Shown here piece by piece: positions 30,368-39,260 of a stretch of DNA of 64,000 nt. The translations under genes and the position numbers were made by a program. A model generated the notes under the pieces. That model made no database searches. It worked only from the letters and a program-made list of their open reading frames with translations, and had not been told where the DNA came from. Source of the stretch: an uncultured Acidobacteriota bacterium (lineage in GTDB: Bacteria > Acidobacteriota > Thermoanaerobaculia > Multivoradales > UBA5704); NCBI GenBank assembly GCA_963770895.1, contig CAVYRF010000001.1, positions 192,001 to 256,000 of the forward strand. Direction: 5' to 3'. Position 1 is the stretch's first letter. Each line of letters starts with the position of its first letter.

Positions 30368-30396
30368 AGCATAACCTCAAGTCTGTGACGAGTCAA
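30368..30396 (-). promoter_or_regulatory. sigma70 promoter TTGACT-N17-TATGCT
   Basis: Near-consensus hexamers with 17-bp spacing about 48 nt upstream of ATG 30320. Confidence 0.65.
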
Positions 30397-30633
30397 TCTT
30401 CTTTGTCAGCCCCCAGCGTACTTCCCGCCAGGCGGGCGCCGCTGTTACAAACTTCACACGCCCGGCTGCTAGCTGCCGGCCGCCCACGCCAGGCCGCGAA
30501 CGGTTGGCCGCGGCAAGCGGCTGGCCGCGAACAGGTTGCTGCAATTGGCTAGCGGCCCGTACCGATTGCGGCGCCATCCACTACGAATTGCACTGGTGCA
30601 GGCCACTATCCGCAAAGGCCTGACTGCAAACGG

Positions 30634-32469
30634 CTACTGGAAGTAGCCGAAGATATCCACCAGCACGTTGCAAGTTCCGCTCGACTGGGTCACTTCGATG
30701 GAGGCGTCGCCCGACGCGTCCAGGCCCAGGATCGAGTTGTTGGCAAGGATGTGGCCGGACCTGTAATTGAGCGTGGTCACGTTGGCCGGCGGCGTCGCGC
30801 CGGTGCCCGGCCAGGCCACCAGTGTGCCGCTTGCGGGCGGCGCCACCACGGTGATGTTGGCGGCGATCGCCGCCGCGCCCACCGGCACCCCGCACTGGCC
30901 GCCCAAGGTGAACACGCGCTGCGTGCCGGAGCTGAGCGCCGGGCCGCCGTAGGGACCGCTTGCATTGCGCGTATCGACCGCGCGGCAGGGCGTCAGGGAA
31001 TAGAAAGAGGTGCGCCCGCTGGGATAGAGCCCGGTGTGGCGCGCGTTCTGATGGTACGTCCCCCACGGCCACGTGGTGGGAACCTTGGGGTTCCACACGA
31101 AGACTTCGGTATCGGACGTATCCGAGCTATGGGGCGAGGAGATCGCCACCACCTCCACCGCCACCCCGTCGGCTTCCCAATCGAGCGTTTCACCGCCGCG
31201 GTCCGCCGCCGGAGTGAAGAAGCTGAAGCTGCCGGCAAAGTGCGTTCCGTCATCGCTCAGCTGGGTGCCGTTGGCGGCGTCCAGCACGGAGAGCTCCGTA
31301 TTGTTGGTGTCCAGCACTTCGAGCCCGCCGTCGCCGATGACGTCCGCCACCAGCGGATCTCCGGCGCTGACGTTGCTGGTGCCGAAGTAGTTCTTGGGTG
31401 CCGTCTTCCACAGCAAGGTGCCGTTGCCCTGGAACGCATAGACGTGAAACGCGGTGCTGGGCGAGCTCATGTCGTCGGTGACGATGACTTCGGGGTTGCC
31501 GTCGCCGTTGATGTCGGCGAGCGCCGGCGAGGTCGAAACCTGGCCGTCCACCGACACCGGCCAGCCGGCGGCGTAGGTGCCGTCGGGTTCGAACGCGTAC
31601 ACCTTGTGCGAGCCGTTCGGCCAGTAGGTGCCGGTGCCGACGACGATTTCAAGCCTGCCGTCGCCGTTGATGTCGCCCACCGCCGGCGAGCTGGTGATGA
31701 CCTGGTCGACACACTTGGGGAAGCCGGTCAGCTCCGTGCCGTTGGGGTGGATGACGTGCAGGCAGCCGCCGTTCGGCGTGTTGTAGGGCGCGCCCTCCTG
31801 GTGGGCGTCGGCGCCGATGATGATCTCCAGGTTGCCGTCGTTGTCGACGTCGGCCAGGGCCGGCGACGAGAAGATGGTGTCGCGCACGAAGATCGGCCAG
31901 CCCGGCTTGTCCGCGCCGGTGCTGCCGTTGACCAGGTAGATGTGGGCGTCCAGGGAGCCCCAGGCGACTTCGGTGATGCCGTCGTGGTCGACGTCGGCGA
32001 TCGCCGGAGCGTCGACCACCCCTTCCGGGATGCCGTCGCCGTTGAAGTCGCTGGACACGCGCTTCCACAGCAGCGTGCCCTTGTTGTTATAGGCGGCGAC
32101 GCCGCCCGGACTGGCGGGCGAAAAGAAGCCATACGGCACGACGATTTCGGCCACGCCGTCGTTGTTGATGTCGCCGATCGCCACCGTGCCGGCGCATTCA
32201 CCCGGCATCGTCACGGGAAACCCGCTGGCGACGCTGCCGTCGTAGTTGACGACGTACAGCTTGCCGGCGGCGGTGCAGAACACCACCGACTTGTGGCCTG
32301 GAGTGAGGCTGAGATCGCCGACGGTCGGATGGCCGCCGATCATGTTGCCGCCGCCCGTCAGCGTCACCGGAAAGCCGGGCTTGGCCGGAGGCACGTTCTG
32401 GGCGGTGGCAGCGGTGACCGCCAGACCTCCCAGCAGGAAGGCGCTGGCAATCACGGAAATTCTTGTCAT
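30634..32469 (-). CDS. Secreted FG-GAP/VCBS repeat protein with C-terminal TPCR domain
   Basis: Repeated SSPA.(G/A)D.N.DG..E.(I/V) Ca-binding blades with GWP/GFP motifs; ends LTPCRAVDTR...VDIFGYFQ. Confidence 0.9.
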   Translation of the reverse strand: MTRISVIASAFLLGGLAVTAATAQNVPPAKPGFPVTLTGGGNMIGGHPTVGDLSLTPGHKSVVFCTAAGKLYVVNYDGSVASGFPVTMPGECAGTVAIGDINNDGVAEIVVPYGFFSPASPGGVAAYNNKGTLLWKRVSSDFNGDGIPEGVVDAPAIADVDHDGITEVAWGSLDAHIYLVNGSTGADKPGWPIFVRDTIFSSPALADVDNDGNLEIIIGADAHQEGAPYNTPNGGCLHVIHPNGTELTGFPKCVDQVITSSPAVGDINGDGRLEIVVGTGTYWPNGSHKVYAFEPDGTYAAGWPVSVDGQVSTSPALADINGDGNPEVIVTDDMSSPSTAFHVYAFQGNGTLLWKTAPKNYFGTSNVSAGDPLVADVIGDGGLEVLDTNNTELSVLDAANGTQLSDDGTHFAGSFSFFTPAADRGGETLDWEADGVAVEVVAISSPHSSDTSDTEVFVWNPKVPTTWPWGTYHQNARHTGLYPSGRTSFYSLTPCRAVDTRNASGPYGGPALSSGTQRVFTLGGQCGVPVGAAAIAANITVVAPPASGTLVAWPGTGATPPANVTTLNYRSGHILANNSILGLDASGDASIEVTQSSGTCNVLVDIFGYFQ

Positions 32470-32513
32470 GGCTGGTTCCCAAAAAACAGCAGAGGTTGCC
32501 CCTGAGATTGCCG

Positions 32514-32542
32514 AGTCTAGACCGCCGATACCAGGCTGTCAA
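32514..32542 (-). promoter_or_regulatory. sigma70 promoter TTGACA-N17-TAGACT
   Basis: Perfect -35, 17-bp spacer, about 45 nt upstream of ATG 32469. Confidence 0.7.
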
Positions 32543-32709
32543 CGAACGGCGAACGCCGTTTGCACCACGACCACAGGCCGCCCGCCGCAGGTGGCGCCCG
32601 CGCCGGCGACCCGCGTCACAGCAGGCTTGTGAGCTGCGTCACACCGCCTGGCGCGCGGGGCAGCTCCGCGACGCCGCGCCGCTGCCGTCGACGCCGCGTG
32701 CGATCGCTA

Positions 32710-33285
32710 TCAGCCTGCGACCTCCACGATTTCCGGCACCAGGCTGCCGCCCTGCGCGGTGACCAACGCCAGCGTCACCGGCAGCCGAAATCGCCGCCGG
32801 CCGCAGCTGCCGGGGTTGAGCAGCAGGCACTCCCCATGCCATTCGATCAGCGGCTGGTGGGAGTGCCCAAACACCACCAGCCGCGCCTCGCGCAGCCAGG
32901 ACGCCGGGATCTCTTCCCGGATGTGCGTCATGCGGTACGACACGCCATCCGGCCCCGCGGCACCTCGGCTCCTGCCGTTACCAGCGCCTCCGCTCAGGCC
33001 GTCGCCTGCGCTGCTGCTTTCGCTCGCGCCGCGGCCAGAGTCTTTGCTCCCGCCGCCGGCGCCCGCGGCGACCAGGTATCCGGCCAGCACTGCCGGCAGC
33101 GCCGCCAACGCGCCGTGGTCCACGTTGCCGCGCACCGCGTGCACCGGCGCCAGCGCCGCCAGCCCGGTCAGCACCGCGGGGTCGCCGACGTCGCCGGCGT
33201 GCAGCAGCACCTGGCACCCGGCCAGCAGCTCCAGCACCCGCGGGCGCAGCAGACCGTGAGTATCCGCCAGGACGCCGATACGCAT
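32710..33285 (-). CDS. Metallophosphoesterase (YfcE-like)
   Basis: DTHG, HAGD, V.GNVD, FGHSH, NPGS motifs; Gly/Ser-rich loop insertion. Confidence 0.9.
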   Translation of the reverse strand: MRIGVLADTHGLLRPRVLELLAGCQVLLHAGDVGDPAVLTGLAALAPVHAVRGNVDHGALAALPAVLAGYLVAAGAGGGSKDSGRGASESSSAGDGLSGGAGNGRSRGAAGPDGVSYRMTHIREEIPASWLREARLVVFGHSHQPLIEWHGECLLLNPGSCGRRRFRLPVTLALVTAQGGSLVPEIVEVAG

Positions 33286-33353
33286 GCCGCCACTCTACCC
33301 GGCCGCGGCGCGGCTCCGTAGCCTCGCATGTCTTGGTATGCTAACCTATGCTT

Positions 33354-33462
33354 GGGGAGACAGGGGAGACAGGGGAGACAGGGGAGACAGGGGAGACAGG
33401 GGAGACTGGGGGGACTGGGAGGGCAGAGGGACAGAGGGGATAGGGGAGCAGGGGGAGACAGG
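33354..33462 (+). repeat. (GGGGAGACA)n 9-bp tandem repeat, polypurine tract
   Basis: Five perfect units from 33354 followed by degenerate units; intergenic between divergent genes. Confidence 0.9.
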
Positions 33463-33497
33463 TCAAAACATTCAGATCAAGAAGGAGCCGCCGCACC

Positions 33498-34697
33498 ATG
33501 CAAGCCCATTCCGCGACCACCCTTTCGCGCCAAGCTCCGCCGGCCCGGGTGGCCTTGCCCGCTCTGGCCTTGTCGGCTGTGGCCGCGTCCGCTCTTGCCG
33601 GTCGCCTGGCCGCGTCCGCTCGGGCCGCCCGGCTGGGCCTATCCGCTCTACTCGCGGCTGGGATTGCTCTTGGCGGCTTCGGCGTCGCGCCGGCTCGGGC
33701 AGCGGCTCCCAAGGTGCTGTATCCGGAGGCGCGCCTGCGTCATGCGGGGCCATCCGTGGTGGCGATCGACGGCGACACCCTGGTGGTGGCCAGCGCCCGC
33801 AATGCCAGCCCCAACGGCAGCGTAGGGGTCTACGCGCGCGGCCAGGATGGGTGGCAGCAGCAAGCCGTGCTGCGCTCCCATGGGCTGCCGCAGGATGGGG
33901 GATTCGGCACCTCGGTCGCGATTTCGGGCGATACCGTGGTGGTCGGGGCGCCGCCGTACTCCGTCTACGTGTTCGTGCGGCGGCCCGCCGGCTGGCTCGT
34001 GGAGGAGCAGGTCCCCGCTCCCCAAAGCGAAGCCTCGCCGGACTTCGGCACCAGCGTCGCGGTGTCGGGCAACCGTCTGCTGGTCGGCGGACCCACCCTG
34101 GCGTTCTCGCAGAACGTCGGCGGCACGGCCTTCGCCTACCAGCGTGTCGGCGGTGCCTGGCGCTTCGACGGCACGTTTTTCGATGCGGCGGATGACAGCT
34201 ACGGTTTTCGCGTCGGTCTGGCCGGCGACCTGGCCGTCATCGGCACCACCTTGGGCGACACCCTCGATGTTTTCCTGCGCCAGCCGCAGGGTTGGACACG
34301 GCAGCAGGCTGTGCCGGTCGGCGCCAACAACGCCAGCTATTTTTCACTGTCCGGCGATACCGTGGCGGCGGGTGGCCACGTCGAACCTCTCCAGATCTGG
34401 CAGCTGAGCGACGGCGCCTGGACCCAGCAGGCGGCCCTCCCCATTGCATCCACCGTGCTGTCGCTGGACGGCGACCAGCTTGCCGCAGCCCTCCCCGACG
34501 GCGGCGGTGTGCAGATCTACCGGCGCCAGGGGCGCGCCGGTGCCTGGCTCTTCGTCACCACCCTGGAGGAGCCGCGCGCCGACCCGGTGTCAGGCTTCGG
34601 CAACTCCGTCGCGCTCAGCGCCGGCATCGCCGCCGTCTCCTCGAACAATCCGGTCTGGATCTTCGCCCCCTCGTCTTCACCGACGCGGGGCAACTGA
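33498..34697 (+). CDS. Secreted FG-GAP repeat (beta-propeller) protein
   Basis: FGTSVAISGDT.VVGAP-type repeats; AAGGAG RBS. Confidence 0.85.
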   Translation: MQAHSATTLSRQAPPARVALPALALSAVAASALAGRLAASARAARLGLSALLAAGIALGGFGVAPARAAAPKVLYPEARLRHAGPSVVAIDGDTLVVASARNASPNGSVGVYARGQDGWQQQAVLRSHGLPQDGGFGTSVAISGDTVVVGAPPYSVYVFVRRPAGWLVEEQVPAPQSEASPDFGTSVAVSGNRLLVGGPTLAFSQNVGGTAFAYQRVGGAWRFDGTFFDAADDSYGFRVGLAGDLAVIGTTLGDTLDVFLRQPQGWTRQQAVPVGANNASYFSLSGDTVAAGGHVEPLQIWQLSDGAWTQQAALPIASTVLSLDGDQLAAALPDGGGVQIYRRQGRAGAWLFVTTLEEPRADPVSGFGNSVALSAGIAAVSSNNPVWIFAPSSSPTRGN

Positions 34698-34879
34698 AAA
34701 ACCCGCCTGGGGACTTCCGGCTGCGCCACCGGCCGGGCCGCTGAGGCCGCGCCGCGCTTGCGTGATCGGTGGGCACCAGCCGGCGACCTGGAAACGCCTG
34801 CAGGTAGCCAGCGCCTCACCAGATGGACAGCCGCGCCCGCTCCGCGGGCTGCTCACGGGCCAGGCGGCGTGCGGCGCCG

Positions 34880-36787
34880 TTAAACGGCAGCCATCGTCTT
34901 TTCGGCCTCGAGCGTGTCCGGGTCGCCTTCGGCATCTTCGCCTTCCTCGAGAGCCGTACCGGTATATGCCTGCTTGCCGGTCGCCTTCTCGATCAGCTCC
35001 AGAAGGCGCTTCTGCCGGTCGTCCATGAACCCTTCAAATGCATCGGCCCGCAGCAGGACGGGATCGATGAGATGAGATTCCAGGAAGGCGTCAATCCGCC
35101 GGCCTTCGATCGGTGGCGTCCTGTCGGTTCCCCGCTCCAGCTTTGCCAGGTACTCCGACGGTGCGGTACCGCCGATGATTCTGTTGGTGCGGTAGGAGAG
35201 AGGTGTCTTGTTGATGATGGAGTCGAAGACCCTGGGTCTGTAGCCGTGGCCCTTGCACCAGGCTTGCGGAAAGATGTGGTGAATGTCGACGTTCTCGCCG
35301 AAGAAGACCGTATGGTCGAAGTTCTGACCCGACCGAAAGTCCTGCGCGCCCTCCTTCATCAGCAGGGCGTTGATGCCCTTGTAGGCGGCGGAAATGCGCA
35401 TGCGCATGCTCTTCAGGCGGTCGGCGCGGAAGAGCGTCTCGCTCACGGTCGAGGGTTCGGGGCCATCCTTCAGCCAGGCGGGCACCTCCATAAAGTCCCG
35501 CGCGATGCGGGTTTCGACCGCGGAACCGTACAGCTCGCCAAACACGCCGTTCCAGTACCAGCGGACCAGCTTGGCGCGGATTCCCTCATGTTCCCAGGAC
35601 TCGCCGATTTCCGCGAGAATTGCCGCGAGCGGCACGACCTGTGATTGATAGGGCAGATCAAATGTGCGATAGATGTGCAGCGTGTGGAGGAATTTGGCCG
35701 CCTGGATAAAGCCGTGCTCAACCTGCATTTCATACTGCTTGTAAGCCGATAGCGGGAGGTTCAGCAGTGCCTGCCGGTTGCAGGTGACCGCGGGCAGCTC
35801 CTTGGCCGGCCTGCCGGCCTGGGCCGCGATAAGGCGCCCATCGCGGGTATGAAACAGGGAAAGGGCCTGTAGGAAGTCGGTGTTGGAGACGTCGCCGATG
35901 ATGCCGCTGGCGGTGGCGGCGGGCCGCAGCGCATCGGCGAGGCGCTGATGCCGGCCCTTGGTGCCATCGTCGCCATACCAGTCCTTGCGCAGCTCGTGTC
36001 CCGATGCGGCGTACATCGCAGTGACCAGCTCGAAGGCGTCGAGCGGTTTACCGCCGGTGTTGACCTTCTCGAAGACGACGCACACAGCCTCTTTCGAGGT
36101 CTCGCGATCGAGGGTGATCACCGGTACGCGATAGCGCTTGAAATTCTCCAAGACCTGCCTTTTGAAGGTCCGGAACTCCTCGCGGACGCTCGCCTGCCGC
36201 TCGCCTGGCCAGTGGTGGTCGAAGCCGTCCTGCCACCCATCCCAATCAAGGACCTGGGTCAGGGGGTACATGAGGGCGGCATATTCCCGATCCGGCGACG
36301 ACAGGTCCAGCACCGTTGCGCGCCCGAAATCAGCGCGCATCACTCGATCCTCCGGCACGCCGACAATGGCCTCCTCGCGCTCCACCGCGGGGTCGAGTGC
36401 CTTGCGGATGTCGATGTAGAACCAGCGTTTGACGCGCTTGTTCTTGGGTGTGACCGTTTCCACGACCTGGCCTCTGAGAATGACCTGATAAAGGGAGGTC
36501 ATGCGCTGCTGGCCGTCCAGCAGCAGCGATTGAGGTGTGGTCAGTCTGGCCGCCGCCGGTGCGCCCTCGACAGGCCGGGGCTTGAAATCGACCGGTCCAC
36601 CGGTGCTGAGCGACATGAGCGCCCCGACTGGGAACGCACGTGAAATCGAGGCGATGAGACTCTTGATCCGCTCCTCGTCCCAGACCCAGCTGCGCTGAAA
36701 ATCGGGCAGCTGAAGAAGGCCGCGGTGACAGTTCTCGAGCAGCTCGGGCAGGTCGAAGGGATTGGTCTGAAAAGTGGAGCCGGCCAT
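34880..36787 (-). CDS. GmrSD-type (DUF262 + HNH-like) modification-dependent endonuclease
   Basis: LPDFQR, LLLDGQQR and F..VNTGG in DUF262; C-terminal DIHHIFP...NKTPL...N HNH-like motif; start ATG 36787. Confidence 0.88.
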   Translation of the reverse strand: MAGSTFQTNPFDLPELLENCHRGLLQLPDFQRSWVWDEERIKSLIASISRAFPVGALMSLSTGGPVDFKPRPVEGAPAAARLTTPQSLLLDGQQRMTSLYQVILRGQVVETVTPKNKRVKRWFYIDIRKALDPAVEREEAIVGVPEDRVMRADFGRATVLDLSSPDREYAALMYPLTQVLDWDGWQDGFDHHWPGERQASVREEFRTFKRQVLENFKRYRVPVITLDRETSKEAVCVVFEKVNTGGKPLDAFELVTAMYAASGHELRKDWYGDDGTKGRHQRLADALRPAATASGIIGDVSNTDFLQALSLFHTRDGRLIAAQAGRPAKELPAVTCNRQALLNLPLSAYKQYEMQVEHGFIQAAKFLHTLHIYRTFDLPYQSQVVPLAAILAEIGESWEHEGIRAKLVRWYWNGVFGELYGSAVETRIARDFMEVPAWLKDGPEPSTVSETLFRADRLKSMRMRISAAYKGINALLMKEGAQDFRSGQNFDHTVFFGENVDIHHIFPQAWCKGHGYRPRVFDSIINKTPLSYRTNRIIGGTAPSEYLAKLERGTDRTPPIEGRRIDAFLESHLIDPVLLRADAFEGFMDDRQKRLLELIEKATGKQAYTGTALEEGEDAEGDPDTLEAEKTMAAV

Positions 36788-37019
36788 CCGTCTTTCTCCT
36801 CGGTCACGGCCCGCGGCGCTCGCGAGCCATCGCACAGACGTTCGGCTGGAAGATCGGCACGCAAGGATCGCTGCGATACCGGAAACTCCAGCGACGTGGC
36901 ATCAAGGGGGGCGCCGCAAGAGGCGCTCCGGCCCACCGCAGCGGCAGGCAATTGTCACACTGCTAGATTCCGTATCGTAGCATCTCAGGTGACGCTAGCC
37001 GGCCATGCAGGCCGCCAGG

Positions 37020-37293
37020 TTGCGGACTTCTGGAGTACGGCGGACACGGTGTTGCAGGAAAGAGGAGTCATTCCATGACCACGTTGAGAGTGGGTATCGC
37101 CAGCTATGACGAGATGAAAGCGCGGACCATGGCCGTGGCACAGGGCGAGCGGCGGGTCGCGCCGAACGAGCCGAAGGTCTGGTTCACCTCGACGGAATCT
37201 TTCGCCAAGGTCCTGTCGGCCGGCAATCGCGAGCTGCTGCGCGTGATTGCGGACAAGGCACCGGGTTCGCTCGACGAGCTGGCGCGGCTCACC
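37020..37293 (+). pseudogene. TA remnant: toxin C-terminal tail plus truncated HVO_A0114-type HTH antitoxin
   Basis: ...ADFWSTADTVLQERGVIP* overlaps MTTLRVGIASYDEMKART...WFTS.ES.AKVLS..NRELL..I....P.S.DELA.LT; homology appears to stop before the recognition helix. Confidence 0.65.
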
Positions 37294-37440
37294 TTCCGCT
37301 TACCCGCAAGCGAAGAGTCAGTTGAATCGCGACCCCGCGGAAGCGAGGCGGCGTGCGCCGATCGTTGCTGCACGGCACCGTGCCTGGCGTGACACCCGCC
37401 GCCGTCATCGCCGCCAGGATTGATCCGGAGCAAGAGCAGA

Positions 37441-37833
37441 TCAGGTGTTGCGAGCCCATGTTTTCCGCGCCGCCAGGGCCGCGTCACGATAGGCTGCGTG
37501 CAAGGGTTCCAAGGTTGCTCGCGCTGCCTTTGCGATGCTTGGCGGGGCCTTCTCCGGGTTGCCCGATGCAAAGGGCGGCTGCGGGTCGTACTCCAGCGCC
37601 AGCTCGACGAGCTGGGCATTGTCGTCCCCAAACAGGTGCGCGGCGACGCGAAGGCCAAAATCGATTCCGGCCGAAATGCCGGCAGCGGTGATGCGGTTGC
37701 GGTCCTGCACGACGCGATCGGCGACGACCTCCGCTCCGAGGAGCGGCAGGATGTCTCGCACGGCCCAGTGCGACGTCGCTTTGTAACCGCGAAGAAGGCC
37801 GGCCGCACCCAGGATCAAGGATCCCGAGCACAC
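37441..37833 (-). pseudogene. DJ-1/PfpI (InhA-like) C-terminal fragment
   Basis: VCSGSLILGAAGLL.GY.ATSHW...GISAGIDFG...LEYDP.PPF..G.P; the N-terminal half is absent. Confidence 0.8.
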
Positions 37834-37914
37834 GCTCTTTCCACACCGCGTTTGCTGGCCGGTTTCCGTCTTGATCTGTAGGTCGATCGATTGGAATCTG
37901 AGGCGCTCCAGTGC

Positions 37915-38499
37915 TCAGGTCGGGTGGATCCGGCGCAGCTCGATGCGGCCCCCATGCCTCAGGAACGGGCAGCTCCTGGCGATGTCCAATGCCTCCTGGT
38001 CGCTCGCCGCGGCGATGACGAAGAAGCCGTCAGGCGCATCCTGCAAAGCCGTCGGGGACATCCCAGCGACTTGGGTTGGCGTAAGGACCCAGCCGCTCAT
38101 GTTGAGCTTCTCGCCGATGTCGAAGTGCCGGGCGCCGAGCCGGCGCCGAGCCCACTCGACGGTCTCGGCGGTCAAGCGGGCGTCCGACCATCGCTCCCGG
38201 TTGAAATCGGCGCCTTCGCGCAGCATCAGCAGGTAGCTGGGCACGGCCAGCGCATGGCCACGGTGGTCCCCCTGCCGGCCCAGCCAGAAACCGGTGAGAA
38301 GCAGCGCCAGGCCGGCCGCGACGGCGCCGCCGAGCCGCCAGGGGTTGGGCCGCGGGCGCGCCTCCGCCAGCCAGCCTCTGTCGCGGAGCGCGGCGACTAC
38401 GCGAACTTCGAGACCCTTGGGAGGGACCAGCTCCCGGGGCAGGCGTGCCAGCTTCTGTCGCAGCCGCTCATCGAGATCGTTGTCGTCTTCAGTGCTCAT
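37915..38499 (-). CDS. Putative anti-sigma factor with TM helix and C-terminal YCII domain
   Basis: Directly downstream of an ECF; L..LPRE..PP..LE.RV, one TM, then YLL.L...GFF.I.A.S..EA..IA.SCP.L..GG.IELR. Confidence 0.75.
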   Translation of the reverse strand: MSTEDDNDLDERLRQKLARLPRELVPPKGLEVRVVAALRDRGWLAEARPRPNPWRLGGAVAAGLALLLTGFWLGRQGDHRGHALAVPSYLLMLREGADFNRERWSDARLTAETVEWARRRLGARHFDIGEKLNMSGWVLTPTQVAGMSPTALQDAPDGFFVIAAASDQEALDIARSCPFLRHGGRIELRRIHPT

Positions 38500-38521
38500 G
38501 TGAGGACTCCCACGCGGGTGT

Positions 38522-39055
38522 TCATGGCTTGCCGTCGGCCCAGTAGGCGCGCAGGGCGCGGCGCGCGCGCGACAGCTGACTCTTCGACGTGCCAGCGTCG
38601 ATGCCCAGCAGGCTGCCGATCTCTTCGTGGGTCAGACCCTCCACGTCGTGGAGGACGAAGACTTCACGATAGCCGTCGGGCAGCTCCCGGATGGCGCGCT
38701 CGAGATCGATCCTCTCCGGACCTTGGCTCGGAGGGATCCCCGGATCGACCGCCGGAGTCCCGGCGTTTGCCGCATCCCGGCTGGCCGAGCGGAAAACCTC
38801 GCGACAGCAGTTGACGGCGATGCCGAGAAGCCAGGTGCGCAGGCTCGATCGCCACGAGAAGCTGCCGAGCGCGCTTGCGGCGCGTACCCAGGTCTCCTGC
38901 ACCACGTCTTCGGCGTGGCGCCCGGAGCGCCCAAGGAAGCGCAGCACGAGAAGGTACACGGCCGGCGTATGGCGCTGGAAGAGCGCGCTGAATGCCGCCT
39001 GATCGCGATCGGCCAGGAAGGCCTCTACGAGCGATCTGTCATCTCGGGTCGTCAG
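38522..39055 (-). CDS. ECF sigma factor, probable CTG start
   Basis: AEDVVQETW, F...SSL.TWL..IA.N, LP.GYR.VFVL.DVEG.THEEI...LGI..GTSKSQL.RAR; homology extends upstream of GTG 38959 to a CTG at 39055 with GGAG 5 nt before it. Confidence 0.88.
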   Translation of the reverse strand: MTTRDDRSLVEAFLADRDQAAFSALFQRHTPAVYLLVLRFLGRSGRHAEDVVQETWVRAASALGSFSWRSSLRTWLLGIAVNCCREVFRSASRDAANAGTPAVDPGIPPSQGPERIDLERAIRELPDGYREVFVLHDVEGLTHEEIGSLLGIDAGTSKSQLSRARRALRAYWADGKP

Positions 39056-39071
39056 ATGAGCTCCAGCCGAT

Positions 39072-39101
39072 GATGAGTGGCGTGCAAGCGGTCGAGGGTT
39101 G
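39072..39101 (-). promoter_or_regulatory. Putative ECF promoter CAACCCT-N15-CACTCATC (autoregulatory)
   Basis: The same motif and spacing recur at 39193-39222 on the opposite strand. Confidence 0.7.
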
Positions 39102-39192
39102 TATGCACCGCCTCACATCGGCAGCAATCCGCCGGTGGCGGTCCGCCACCGGGAGGCGATTCGCCAAGGCTCCGCCGCTGCCGGCCGCCGTG

Positions 39193-39222
39193 CAACCCTT
39201 CGCCGGTTCCCGGTCACTCATC
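39193..39222 (+). promoter_or_regulatory. Putative ECF promoter CAACCCT-N15-CACTCATC
   Basis: Twin of 39072-39101; lies upstream of ORF 39261. Confidence 0.7.
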
Positions 39223-39260
39223 CGACGATGACGCACCAACCATGACCTCGGAGGTGACCG

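Noticed and set aside
33284-33825. ORFs reading GDR/GRQ collagen-like repeats
   Set aside because: Translations of the intergenic 9-bp repeat that run out of frame into the FG-GAP gene.
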